Shown here in pieces: positions 26,560-38,800 of a stretch of 58,738 nucleotides of DNA. Source of the DNA: Perkinsus olseni. Its lineage: Eukaryota. Positions within the stretch are counted from its first letter, which is position 1. Every line of letters begins with the position of its first letter. The translations under genes were made by a program, and so were the position numbers. Location of the stretch: the NCBI GenBank assembly GCA_013115125.1, contig JABANN010000162.1, forward strand, positions 1 through 58,738. Direction: 5' to 3'. The notes beneath the pieces were generated by a model. It was not told the origin of the DNA, did no database searches, and was given only the letters and a program-made list of their open reading frames with translations.

Positions 26560-28740
26560 CGTGGCGAATGCTGCCGGAGGTCCTCCTCCACGAGATGTTC
26601 CGCTCCGCGAGCGTAGGCGGAATAACGAATACTGCCCTGTTGCTGACGAACGATACTTGAACTACGAAGATGCTCGAAAAGCACTTACGAAACTGGCGGG
26701 TCTCTCTGAGTCAGGACGGGAGATGATTCTCCTTAACACGTACCCCAGAAAGAAAACTGGGGACTATGCGATGCGGTTCAGATGCCCGTTCTCTCTTGCG
26801 ACAGCCTGTCGCCGACAGGCTATGTCACGCAATGTCCTGGTTATATATATTGCACCGAGGATGATGTTTTCACCCTCGCTCTACCACCGTCCCCTCATCC
26901 ACCTCATGAATCGCTGGACCCGTCCAAGGCACGAGTGGGGGAGCGGAACGCTAAAATGGACGATGTCATCTTGGAGTCCAAGACTTGGACTGCCTCAGAA
27001 AGGACGCGAATGTCGACACCACTCTGAGAGAACTTGAACGGAATGGGCTTACGATAAGCGGATGGTTCTTGTCAAGAACCATCCGCTTAACTCAAGAACT
27101 TCTTGAGTCGACTCCAGCGGCGATAAGCCGCTTATCTCCGCTGGAATCGACTGAGGCTCGAAGCTTGAGGCCTCCTTCAAGAGCGCGCCTGATAGCGATG
27201 GGCTCCAGTCTCTTGAGGAAATGGAGAATCTGTGAGAGCATTGCCGGCCCGGCCGGAGTTCGCAATACTTGCTCTGCGTTGTCGCTAGACTTCTCGCCCA
27301 CCATCTTCATCGGAGACGCCGATGGGATATTCGACAAAGGCTGGCAGCAGGTGGGACAGCCAATTCGCTATGCGATACTGCTAGCGCCATTCCTTTCGCT
27401 GCTCGATGCGTTCTGTTTCTCAGACATTCGGCGAAAATGTGTTTCCCTGTGGCCTAGACCAAAACTATCAATGGCCCACTATCCAGCCCGACGAACTCCT
27501 TGACGGTCCTAGAACGCTGAGGATCTTCTGCTTCATTCACATTTGGACTCCAAATTTTGGAGGAACGTCGAACGCAAAGCCCGGTCCCTTCTAGGCGAAG
27601 ACGAAAAAGAATCGTTCAAGCAAGTTATTTTTTAAAAACAAAGGCTGGGACACGACTTGTTCCCCGTCGCAAATTGCGACTCGTAATACAATTACTCCGC
27701 AAAGAATGGGAACCTGCTCCTGCGGTATGGCGGTACTTTTCCTCACAATGGGTGCACAAGCGGGCTACTTGGGGCAGAGGTTGCTGGGGAATTGAACTTA
27801 AAGGTTCAATTCCCAAGAAAGTTTCTTGGGCCGTCATAATAATTCCCTGGAAGCTCAAAACGCGGCCCTGCGACACCGTGAGCTCACCTCACCGTAGCTG
27901 CTTCATCAGCTCGATAGCTCCCTATTCAGGCAGAATAAAGCAAGGCACGACGTTGTCTAAACGTTATTGGTGGAACAACTATGTGTTGCGTGCCGCACAT
28001 ACTCGTGGAGGCTACACGATCCAGATATGGAAATGGAAGGAAGTACCGCAGCGCCGATCCCTCCTCCTAGCCGGGCCCACGAGTGTCCGAGTTCCTCCGA
28101 AAAGTGGACTCCAATGATGCTGCGCAATGGGCTTCATGGTCGGATTTCGCCTACCTTCACATGCGTCAGACGCATGTAACAGAGACTCTCCGCATCGTAA
28201 CAATAACTACTGGTAACATCCCACCTATATGTACATGTAGTGATGCCAAGGGTGTCTATTGTCGCCATGCTCTGGGGATTATGCTACTTGAGGGACGTTG
28301 CGAGGAGGCATCGTTGCATGAAGTCCGTGTAGCCGGAACACTACCGCACGGGAGGCCTCGGTAAGGTTCACCCGCCGGGTGACACCCGGCCAGGAGGTCC
28401 ATAAGATGACGTCTTCATGTGATCATGTGACCCTCAGGTACACGCAGGCGACGGCATTGCAAACCGACGACTCGTATATTCGCCGTCATCTGGCCCTACC
28501 GCGACATCTCGGATCAAATGCGGATGATGTTGACACTCCAGTGGAGTGACTCCACCGCTTCCTGAAGGAGCACGAGCTATTGCTCCTGGGTCCTATGAGC
28601 CAACCGAGCAAACTCGAGTTCAGTTCTTCATCCAAGATCTCAGCACGATAGAGGGGATGAAGACGGTAGCTATACTTCACGTGATCTTTCTCGGAGAGTC
28701 ATTCTCTCAGATCCGCAGAGAGAAAGATTGGCACAGATAG
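26560..28740 (+). mobile_element. Degenerate Mutator-like (MULE) transposase with SWIM zinc finger
   Basis: N-terminal RFRC...CPGYIYC...HPPH Zn-binding-like segment (frameshifted), FIGDADGIFDKG and FCFIHIW (the MULE D...CxxH region), and SWIM CTCSDAKGVYCRH. Element ends not identified. Confidence 0.65.
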
Positions 28741-29188
28741 GAGAAATGCTTGCCTTCGGCAAGCATTTTCCTCTCCCCGGATGAGCTGCGCATCCAGGTT
28801 CGATCCCCCCACTGGGCAGTTTTTTCTAGTCGATTATTTTGTGATGACTGTTCGGCTTGTTTGAGTTGAAGTGCTTTTCCCATTTTCCAAGCGCTTCCAG
28901 AATTGATTCGAATTTCCAGAATCATCCCCATGAGCACACTTTTAAACATTGCGGAGCGAGCGAAGCGAGCGGAGCATATATTACAGTTCACAGTCACTCG
29001 TGTGCGGCGTGCGTCCGTACGTCCGTCCGTGCGTAAGCACAAATTTCTGCTCAACTAGACGGTGTTAGGCAGCATGCAAGGCGTCAACACGCGCGTCCTA
29101 CTATTCTGATCACACAAAAAATATAGCGAAGTCTAAATTTTTCACTCCCCCACTTTCCAGCCAAAATAACTAATTGCGCAACTCTGTA

Positions 29189-29266
29189 AGATATGTAGTC
29201 CAGTAGGTTAAGGCTCAAGCCTTCTTTTCGATTCACCCAGGTTCGATTTCCACAAGCGACTTTTTT
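29189..29266 (+). pseudogene. Full-length tRNA-like pseudogene or SINE head
   Basis: A-box TAGTCCAGTAGG at 29196, B-box GTTCGATT at 29241 (45 nt spacing, as in tRNA), then TTTTTT; the stems are broken. Confidence 0.65.
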
Positions 29267-29881
29267 ATCTTTCCCTTTTTTGTTGCGATACTGTTTCCAG
29301 TTTTGTTTTTTGTTTTCGGGCCCTGCGATTGTCAAGTTTTGCTGTCGACGTCGCCGATCAACGAGACTTGAAGTTGGCCAGGTGGAACAGAATTGGCAAG
29401 GGAAAAGCCGCGGAAGAGCGCCGAGCCCTTGAACGTCGGTTACGCGCCGTGACTTCTGACTAGCTGCTACGAATTCTGCTATGTCGCTCGAGTTGTTGAT
29501 CGGTGTCCTTATAACTACCATTAGAATGTGCCCAATGTCGCAGCGTTCGAGTCTCTAACGGCGTTAAATCAACGCCAGCGAGCTCCGCCCCCTTCGCACT
29601 GAAGGCCTAGTGATTGAGCTGTGGCAACTGTACTCAAGGCTTGATTGCCTGTGCTGCTTGACTGCGGCGCGATGTGTTTGGCTGGTTGAGCTTGATAAAT
29701 GTTTCGCAAGCGGCTCTTATATTCTACGATAGCAGACGTGGATAATCCCATTTTCACTCGGAAAAAACTACATTCGGCACACTAAGAATAAGTGTTAGGC
29801 ACGCTCCCAGTCAGTCCAATTTCTCATCAGTATTTTCCTTGTACCCTTGATTACTCTCTTCCAATACCACCGCTGTGAATA

Positions 29882-32800
29882 ATGTACGTCTTATCGAAGA
29901 CTGTTGTTATAGCGGTCACGTGGCTGCTGCTGTTGATGGTATGTGGAGGGGACGCGGTAAGTAACCGAATAGACATAATGGGGTCAGCGACCATTTCCAC
30001 TGAGTTTCATGTTCTTCCGTATGTCGATAGGGGAGCGACTGTGATGAGATTCTTCACCGCCAGTGAAAATCGGCACGTAAAATCGGCATCGGTTACATAA
30101 AAATATCGTCTATGCTTATCGTCTGACTATTACAATTTCGTGGTGTATTAAAATAGTCGTGTAATGTTCAGTAGAATAATAGTGGTGCTTTTACGTAGTG
30201 CATATCCGAGTAACGGCAACGTAAATAGGTGGTCGGAAAAATCGCGAAAATTGCACCGTCATGAAAAATGGAGTTGCTAGTTAGTGGAGCGTTCAACACA
30301 CTAACTAGACGCTAGCCCTCGCCAGCCCTCTGCTGCCTCGGCTCGCCGGCCTCATCATACTGCCGAGAGCTACTGTGATCTTAACGGCGTACCAGATGTT
30401 AACATCAGACGAGCGAGCTTGTGTGACGGCCGTCTAGACGTTCATGTCTAGGCCAGCGCAGTTTGTTCAGGCGGAAGAAGCAATCGCTGGCGGAGGGTCG
30501 TCACCGGTGAACGACAAGTCGGGGGAACTGGATGGGGGTATCTTGGTCTACAACGACCTTGCCCATCGTGATGTGCTTTGTCGCTACATTCAGAGTAATA
30601 GAGGGCGGTTTTTTCATACGGTAATTTTGGTCGTGTCCAGTCCCGGCGGACGCCAGACGCATCCGAGCCACTGCTGCTGTCATCGGGCTGACCGGCAATC
30701 CTAATTTATTTGCCGGATTTGATGAACAGAAGTTGCGTGATAGAATTTACAAGGAGGCCGCCCCGACCAACCAGGGAGGTTATCATATGATACACGATAC
30801 GTAATGTTGGGGAATTTCGTGGCGCGTGACGGCTCATTGGGGCGGCGGTCATGGCTGCAGGTACTTCGTGCCAAAGTCGTCTGATGGTCGCTTCTATCTC
30901 TGCGTGACGACCTTTGCTACCCAGGGAACTGATTTTGTAAGGAATGCGCAAAAGTGTCGCTGCGGGGGATCGAACCAAGGACCTTTGGGTGACGAGGTCA
31001 GGTGCTTACTGGAGTGGTCTCGAATGCTGCTGAGTTCGGAGTGGAACCTGTGATGCCGCTGCTAATGGAGTACCCTACTGTCCAGAGTGTCGAGGCATTC
31101 GGCCGACACCGGGAGTATCGGGTACTAAGGGATGGACTGTCCCACCGCCTAGCGCGCCGTACACATAGCGCGTATATTGATTCTGGATTGAGAGCTTTCC
31201 ACGTGTGGCCCTACTGAGGGCTCTAGCGCGGGAGGGCTTTTCGTGACTTGGGTGCTGGTGGCGTAATAATTTCAAGAACGGTCGACTAAGAGACTTCGCA
31301 GCGTAGATTAGTATCGTGTCCGGTTGGTGATACGCGTAAGTGTCACACTACTTTGGGCGGTCAGGTGGTTCTGCCCAACGCGCCAGAGACGAGCGACGGC
31401 GCCGTCCCTCCTATCACCATCACAGTAGCACAGATAGTTGGAGAGACCGATCTAATGGTAGTAGTAGAGTTAGTTGCGATTTACGAGTGGAGTGGTATGA
31501 TAGGTGCACGCATGTGGTAGTGAGCAGTCATTGGCCGTGTCCGCTGTTGATGGCCCGGATACGGTGACGATTACGAATGAACAGCTCACCAGTGCTGGAC
31601 TCGGGCCAGGCTCTGAGCTCTGTGTTGTTGTTAAGACTAACAAGCTCTTCGCCAGTGCTTCTACGTAGGAGGGGTTTCGTGGCGCGGTGATGAATTTTGT
31701 GGCGCGGTGACAGGTTCTGGCTGGTGGTTTCGCAGAGTCCACAGGGACCTTTCGTTATGCAGAGCTTGCCGATGTATGCTGTGATACCAGGAAAGGGATC
31801 ACAGCGGGTGAGGAAGTTCCGCACCTATTTCAATAAGGGTAATCCAAAGGTCCCCGGATCGATCCCTGGTGAATGTAGTTTGTAGGTACTGATCTCACAA
31901 TAACTGCCAACCCGGTGTCGGCTAATGCAGTGAAGGAAGCGGCCAATAGACCTGGGGAGATCCAGGTAGTTAGTGGCGCATCTTTTGTTCCGTCTGGTAC
32001 CACCTCAACCTCGTGGAATCATCATGAAATTATTGTATTATCATATGACTTGCAGGATACTGATGGATCTCAGTATAAAAAATGCGTTACCATGTCATAG
32101 CGCGGTCGTGTACCTTGTATCAGCACATGGCGCGTATCTTTTTAGCGTGGACCTCTTTTGTATCTTACTATGATCGACCTTGTTGCTATCTTACTACGAT
32201 GAAATCCGCTGACAGTAGCTCTATTTCAGTCGGGATCCGTACCGCACATCGTAGCGGACACGACGCCCACCGGTCAAACGTGGAAGGACCACGGCGACGG
32301 TCACATCGCCATCGATAAGTCCAGCCTGGACGGCCACGCTGGCCAGGGCGAAATCGTTTACGTATCGGTCACACCACCCAACGATTGGCATGAGAATTCT
32401 GAGATGCCTTTCGAGCTCACAGTGACGACAAGTGAGTCGGGTGGGGAGGTTGTTCGGGTGAATTCAGCGGATCTTCTTTGCTGGTATGACGCCAGGAAAT
32501 GAAAACAACAGCGATGGCAGTTGAGGATATTGAAAATCTTCGTAGTGAGCGCGGTAATTAGACCCAGTTGGAAGAGCTATACAGTTCTAGGGGGAGTATC
32601 TTATGCTACTAAGGTGAAGTGGTTATCGAGACAGTAGTGATGGGAACTGGGAGTATTGAAAATCTTCATAGTTAGCGCAATGGTTAAACCCAGTGGTAAG
32701 AGCTAGGCAGCTCCGTGGGAGGGTATCTTGGTACTCTTGCGATTGATGGGTCAACCTGCGTCGTGTATTGGTCCATGTTCAGGTAGCACGGTCAGAGATC

Positions 32801-35800
32801 TACAGGATGGCAAGCCCACCACTGTGACCATCAGTGACTCGAGAAAGTTCCGGGATTTCCGGTAGTAACGGTCGTGCCGTTTCTGGTTAAGATTACCGTC
32901 AACGTCGCAATTTCGTCGCTGTACGTGATGAGAATTGAGAGTAATAAGCGTGCGGAGTATCCTTTTCGGAATGAGAGCAGTGACCGAAAAGGGCAGGCGC
33001 ATTATGCAGTGTTCGGAGGGGAACTGAAGCACGGATCTTCCGGCATGGATTTGGCAAGCGTCGACTTGCACGCACTACGAATTTTTGTCATCAAATTTTA
33101 TAATGGGCTAAGGGGTGGAGTATCTTTTGGCCGTTTCAGATACTGGGTGCCCAAGCATGCCAGAGTGGTGCTCTCTATAATAGGAGATTCGTCGAAGGAT
33201 GGAAGTGGTCTGGCGATATTCGCGGACACCACCAGATACAGTCACGATCCTCGAGGGTAATCTTGCAATCTTGCGTTTCCTTAACGCTAACTGGCATCTG
33301 CAAGGTATACGTTCAATACGATGGAAGGGTCCAACGAGATTTTCCTTACCAATATGAAGTACTATGCGCAGTCCCATCCTGGCAAGGTAAGGGGGTTTTG
33401 TAATCCCGAATTGGGAGAAATGTGGTATGAAAATGACTTCCAGGTTCAATACGTCAACTGCGATATGGGCTATATTTACCTGACTGTTAAGAGCTGTGCT
33501 GTAGCCAACGGCAAATGTGTTGAGGATGCCTCCGTGCCTTCGACGTTTACGTTGACGGTGTCCAGTGATACCGGTAGTAGTAGCGGGGGTAGAAGATCTG
33601 AGGATCGTGGTGGTGTATGGAGGGGCGCTCGGAATGATGTTAGGAACAGAGCGCAATGGCATGAATTCACTTTTATTCGAGGCGCGCACGTCCCCTAGAT
33701 GGATATGAGCGCATAGTGACTGAAGCGGTGGTAGTGATGTTTCTCATGGGGTATCTTAGGGTCGACTCACGTTCAAGATGGAGTGCCGATCCATGAGAAG
33801 GTTCACATGGCGAAGAAATTTGTTTATACTAATCCTATGTTGGATAAGAAGGTGGAGAAGAAGGAAGTAGAGGAAAGCGCGGGAGAGGTAGTTGAAGATG
33901 TCGGCTCTGGGAGTCGAACCGGGGGCCTTTGGGGGCGCTATAGAAGATGCGACTGATCTACGTAGTTGAAGCAGCTCTGTCTTGATCCGGTTCGTGGTAG
34001 ATGTAGTCAGCTCGTTAGGCGTTGCGATTGTCATTCCTCTTCGTGCAGGGAAGTGGAAGCAGACAATAGTTCACTATGAGAGATGTGGTTCGTCCGGGGA
34101 TCGAACCGGGGACCTTCTGTATTTAGGATAACTCGAAGGATGATGGATCTGACTCTTCCTCGATACACTTCAACGACTTGTTGGTGAAGGCCTCGGTGAA
34201 TAGCGGCAGAGGGTCGCTGATGCTGAGCAATGACGAGAACTTCGCAACTAGTAGGTGCCAGCGGCTGGGTTTGAACCCGGGTTGTCATGCGGTTCGTCTT
34301 AGGCACGCAAGCAGTATTCTGCGGCTATGATGACGCTGGCGATACGAAGGCTGACGGCGGGAACATCTGCACCTTCGTTGTCAAGAAGGACGATCCAATT
34401 CGGAGCAGCAAATATATCTACGCAAAACTGGTACGAGGCGCAACCGCGATGATATTTGTGCGGGGTATCTTGGTTGTTACTTTGGTCGGATGCTCGCGCA
34501 AAGATATTTCTACGAGATGTTTTCTCAGTGGGGAATCAGAGATGAATTCTTCTGAGGTTTTGCTCTTCGTCTCAGATACCGGACCTTACGGATGGTACGG
34601 GTACTGCGTTGCTGGACTTTGACTTTTTGATGGCTGATGTTGGTGGAGAAATTGTGATGAAAAATCATCAGCCGGTTAATGACGCTATGTCGGCTGGGGG
34701 CAGTCGGAAGTATAAGATTTTTATACCTGCGTCTACATCGAGGTGAGTATCTTAGGTTGAAGCTGGCAAGATACAGAGTGGGTCAAGATGATTTGAGTGG
34801 TGCTTTCTCAGTTCTTCTAACACTCCTTCGCCCGTTTCTGCGATGTTTGACGTGTCTAAGACTACTGGTACGGTGGAGTTCGACATTTGCGATGCCGCTG
34901 AGTAAGTTGAAACGCTCTCCCTGGGGTTCGATCCAGGGTTGCTCGCATGTGGTACCGGCTATATGTCTGATTCAGGAATTGCAAGACTATCAAGGGTGAT
35001 GGTTCAGCACAATTGGAGGAGAACACCAGCAAGGGGAATGTTGCCGGCAAGTGGATTCATGTAAGCAGTCTCCGTGCGACGATCCATCTTGATGTCCGCT
35101 GTTTTTGCCGGGCAAGTCGTCCGCGGCCCACTGATCCTTTGATCGATGGTTTCGGCGTTGTTCCGATCGTGTAGCTCGGCCAAGCACTTCTCAGTTCGGG
35201 CTAAGGACCGATTCTGACGGACTTAGTGGTACCGATGTCTTCCGGGTATTTTCATGAATCATCTTGTGGAATGCAGAAAGGCTGCATTGATTCAGCTGGC
35301 AGGTGCATGCTAAGTGTGAGGACAAGTGCTCGTACCGGATCACTGGAGCCTTCTTCCTCAAGTCCAACTCGTTGAGACTGAACTATAGGCCCATGACAGT
35401 CCCACTGGATGGCGGCAGCTTCAAGGACTGTAATGACTCGGGTTCGACCCCTGCAGTCGACGATCATTCGGAATCCTTTCAGGGATGGTTGGGTATAAGG
35501 ACACCGATCACTGGCTTCTCCATACAGAGGTCCGAGGGCAGGAGGCCGATGCTGTTAAGACTTGTATTAAGGACCAATGTTGTAATATAACCGGAAGTAT
35601 TCAAGTCATTTTACTGACACTTCTAGCTGTCTTGTGGGCGTTATGGCCGATTTCACTCGGCACTTGTACATCATCGACTAGTCTTTCCTGTTCGATAGGT
35701 ACGGCCGGGACATGCACCCTCTACGGCTTTGGAAAGGAGATCGCCAAACTGGAGAACTTGAAGAGCGACACGATCACCTACGTCCAGCTGTACTATGCTC

Positions 35801-38800
35801 TTGTGTGCCTTGCGATGTTCGGATATGCTCTCGGCAGGTGGGCTACGAAGTTGAGCTTCCCGGCGATGGACGAGTGGCTGGATGTTACCAAAAGGGGCAG
35901 CAATATCTACAGGCTGAATACCAACTCATTGGTGTCATTTGACGCTGAGAAATCCAGCACGGTAAGAGCGGTGGGGAGAGGTGGGCGTATCTTTATGTTG
36001 AAGCGTGTAGTTCGTGGAATCGAGGATGCGATCACTGGCGCTATTGGCACGTGCGGCCCAGGTTAGCTCTTTTCTTGTAGCTTTTCGAATGGCAGTGGCA
36101 TGAACAGAATTGCTCGCCGAAGTGGGGCGGGCTGTCCGAGGCTTGATTCATCTTTTTCTGTGTTGCAGTTCAGCACTGGAGCGAAGGTGTCAGTATCGGA
36201 TTCTCTGTTCGGAGATTACCAACCACTGAGCGGCGAGAATCTGATCGACTGCACCGGCAATAAAATGAAGTTTGTGAAGGTGGGTGGACCTACGCATTCT
36301 GGCGTAGTGGTTATGATGTGTGTAGGTTGATGGGACGTCCCGGGTTCGAATCCATGCGCCGTTAAATCTTCAAGTCGGCGAGTGGGCGTATAACCCTCAC
36401 TGGGTTATGTGGGGTGGCAGCTCCCTCAAGCAGAACGTCCACGTGGAAAGCTGCAACCTCGAGCCGGCTGATGTGCTGGTCAATGGTGATACGCGGAAGG
36501 AGATTCACTCCGACTGGACTGGGGGCGTCTGACAGGCACGGCTGTTGATATGTCGTCTGCCCATAATTACGCCGCGAATGATGCCAACTCGCTGCTGCTA
36601 ACGGCCGGCGACGCAACAGTAGCTTACCGAGTGGGGCTGTTCAATCAGGTTGGTCAGCATGGAGGATATCTTCGAAGGAGCAGTTGTTATTGTTGTTATC
36701 CAGGTCCCCATCCCACTAACGGTACACTCTAGTCGGCAGAGTCTGGAATTCATCGCGCCGCCTAATGCCCAGAACAGCCTGTAAGCTCGGGCCTCGAGTC
36801 GTTGGTCGCTGTATCAAAGCTAAGGTGGAGATTGATTAGAATTAGGATTTGCTTCGTGGATGGAATGTTGAATCCGGCGCAATTCGGTCTATACTCTGTC
36901 GCTAAATCTGGCTGAGCCAGTCGATTGTTGTCGAAAAACTGGCTCTATTTTGGAAGCCGAAGGCCTTCAGTCAGCTACAGACTTCAGTCAGACATCACAT
37001 TCCGTATGTCAGTGGATTTGATGTGTATTCAAAATGAGTCGTCCATGGCAAACCCCTTTCTATAATGGTTAAAAAATGCCTGGAAGCGCACGGCGTACGA
37101 ACCGGATGGCCGTTTATGGCGATAGATTCTCCTCTCTCATCCGCCATTCCCAAGCCTCATCGCTTCGAGCCTGCTGGGAGTGATTGTAAGTTCAGTTCAG
37201 TTGTGAGTTCTAGGGCGCGACTCTCTTTCGAGTCTCTCCCGACTTCCGTACTGAGAGTCCGTATCAGTACAGCAGGCCTTCAATTCTTCGTGCAGTGCAC
37301 TCGTCACAGAGAATTGAGGGCGTTGTCGTACGCCGACAATGAGGATAACCTTCGATCGAATCACCGGGCAGCTAATCGCCTTCGGGCGAGCGTGCGCACG
37401 CGTGCGTCGAGCGTAATTTATCAGAGGAGTTGGGAACACTCAAATTAAGGAGTGGTAATAAATGGAGGCTAGTGAATGGACATGAGGACCTACGAAGATC
37501 GGCTCAGCGGTACCTCGGCCGTGGGGACGTCCCAGGGTATTGCGGCGGGACTCAGTCTGGGTTGATACGGTCGTGTTCTGTAGTTGCCCGGAAACCTGTC
37601 GCATTAAGGTGTTGCACTAGGGTCCTGGGTATGGCTGAGGATGCCGCCATCCGAGACGATGTATCTATCCCTCGCATACGGAACTCCCTGGCTGGCATAC
37701 GAATTATCGGTATGATCACTGACCCTTACGCCAAGTGAAACGCCTGATCGTTCGATGTAGAGAGAGTAGCGCCTACATCCTCGCTGATGCAGACGTTGTT
37801 CGGACCGTATAGCTATGCCTGAGCCTCCACCCTCGGAAGGTCAAGTCCCGAGCTGAGCCTCTCACCTAAGGAGCTCGAGGAGCTCTACTCTCAACATTCG
37901 AGTCTCTCGTCCAAGGAGCTTGGCTGCACGAACCTCGGTGAATTCGACTTCGAGACACTCTCAGAAGAGCCGGTCTACATTAGACCATTTAGGCTTAATC
38001 CTAAGAAGACCCAAAAGGTCGAAGCACTACTGAGAGACTTTGAAAAGCAAGGGTTCATTGAACCCGCGAAGTCGGACTACTCATCTCCAGGGTTTGTCAT
38101 CTCCAAGAAGGACGGCTCAAATCGGTTAGTCATCGACTACCGGGCGCTGAACAAGCGCACAAAGAGGGATCGGTATATAGGGCCAGCCGTAGATCAGATC
38201 ATCACGGGGCTGAGCGAGGCAAGATGCTTCAGCAGCATAGACTTGAAGCATGGGTTCCACCAGATTAAGGTATCCGCCTCGGCAAAAAGGAAGCTAGCGT
38301 TCTCGGTCGGTGGTCGGCAATATACATGGGCTCGTATGAGCATGGGACACTGTAATTCTCCCAGCTGCTTTCAAAGGATCATCGATAAGGCCCTAGGCCC
38401 GCTCGTCGGGTTATGTTGCTATGTGTATCTCGACGACGTTATCGTCTTCTCGAGAGACCACTCCTCTCATATGCGAAGTCAGAGATTTGATCACGTCGTT
38501 GAAGAATGAATGGATATCGGGCTTCGTGGACATCAGACTGGGCGGAATGCCATACGTAAAGAGCGGCCATCACGCCACCGCCTACGGCATGGCGCGCATG
38601 ATCACGCGTGATGCCGGGGCTTTTATTACCAGTCTAGCATCAATTTCATTGGGTTTTCGATACGGATCTGGCCCGTCGTGACAAGTTTGTAGCAGACTGT
38701 CCCGACAAGGAGTTATTCGCTTGGTTCAAGAGACTGATGTCGAACCAGGGACCATAGTGTCCCCAGGATTCGCCAAGGATAGAGGCCGACTTAATTCTAA

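Noticed and set aside
30998-31170. AGG-type frameshift or Sec-TGA readthrough giving a Cys-rich peptide (GAYWSGLECC*VRSG)
   Set aside because: A conventional phase-0 intron (30937-31001) gives a stop-free frame VLTGVVSNAAEF; no SECIS is evident.
35789-35838. Transmembrane helix YYALVCLAMFGYALG in ORF 35485-36066
   Set aside because: It coincides with a stop-free, in-frame 48 nt GT-AG intron, so it is probably not in the protein.
37455-37480. Primer-binding site or LTR boundary for the Gypsy fragment (TGGAGGCTAG)
   Set aside because: No second LTR is present, and tRNA complementarity cannot be verified from the window.
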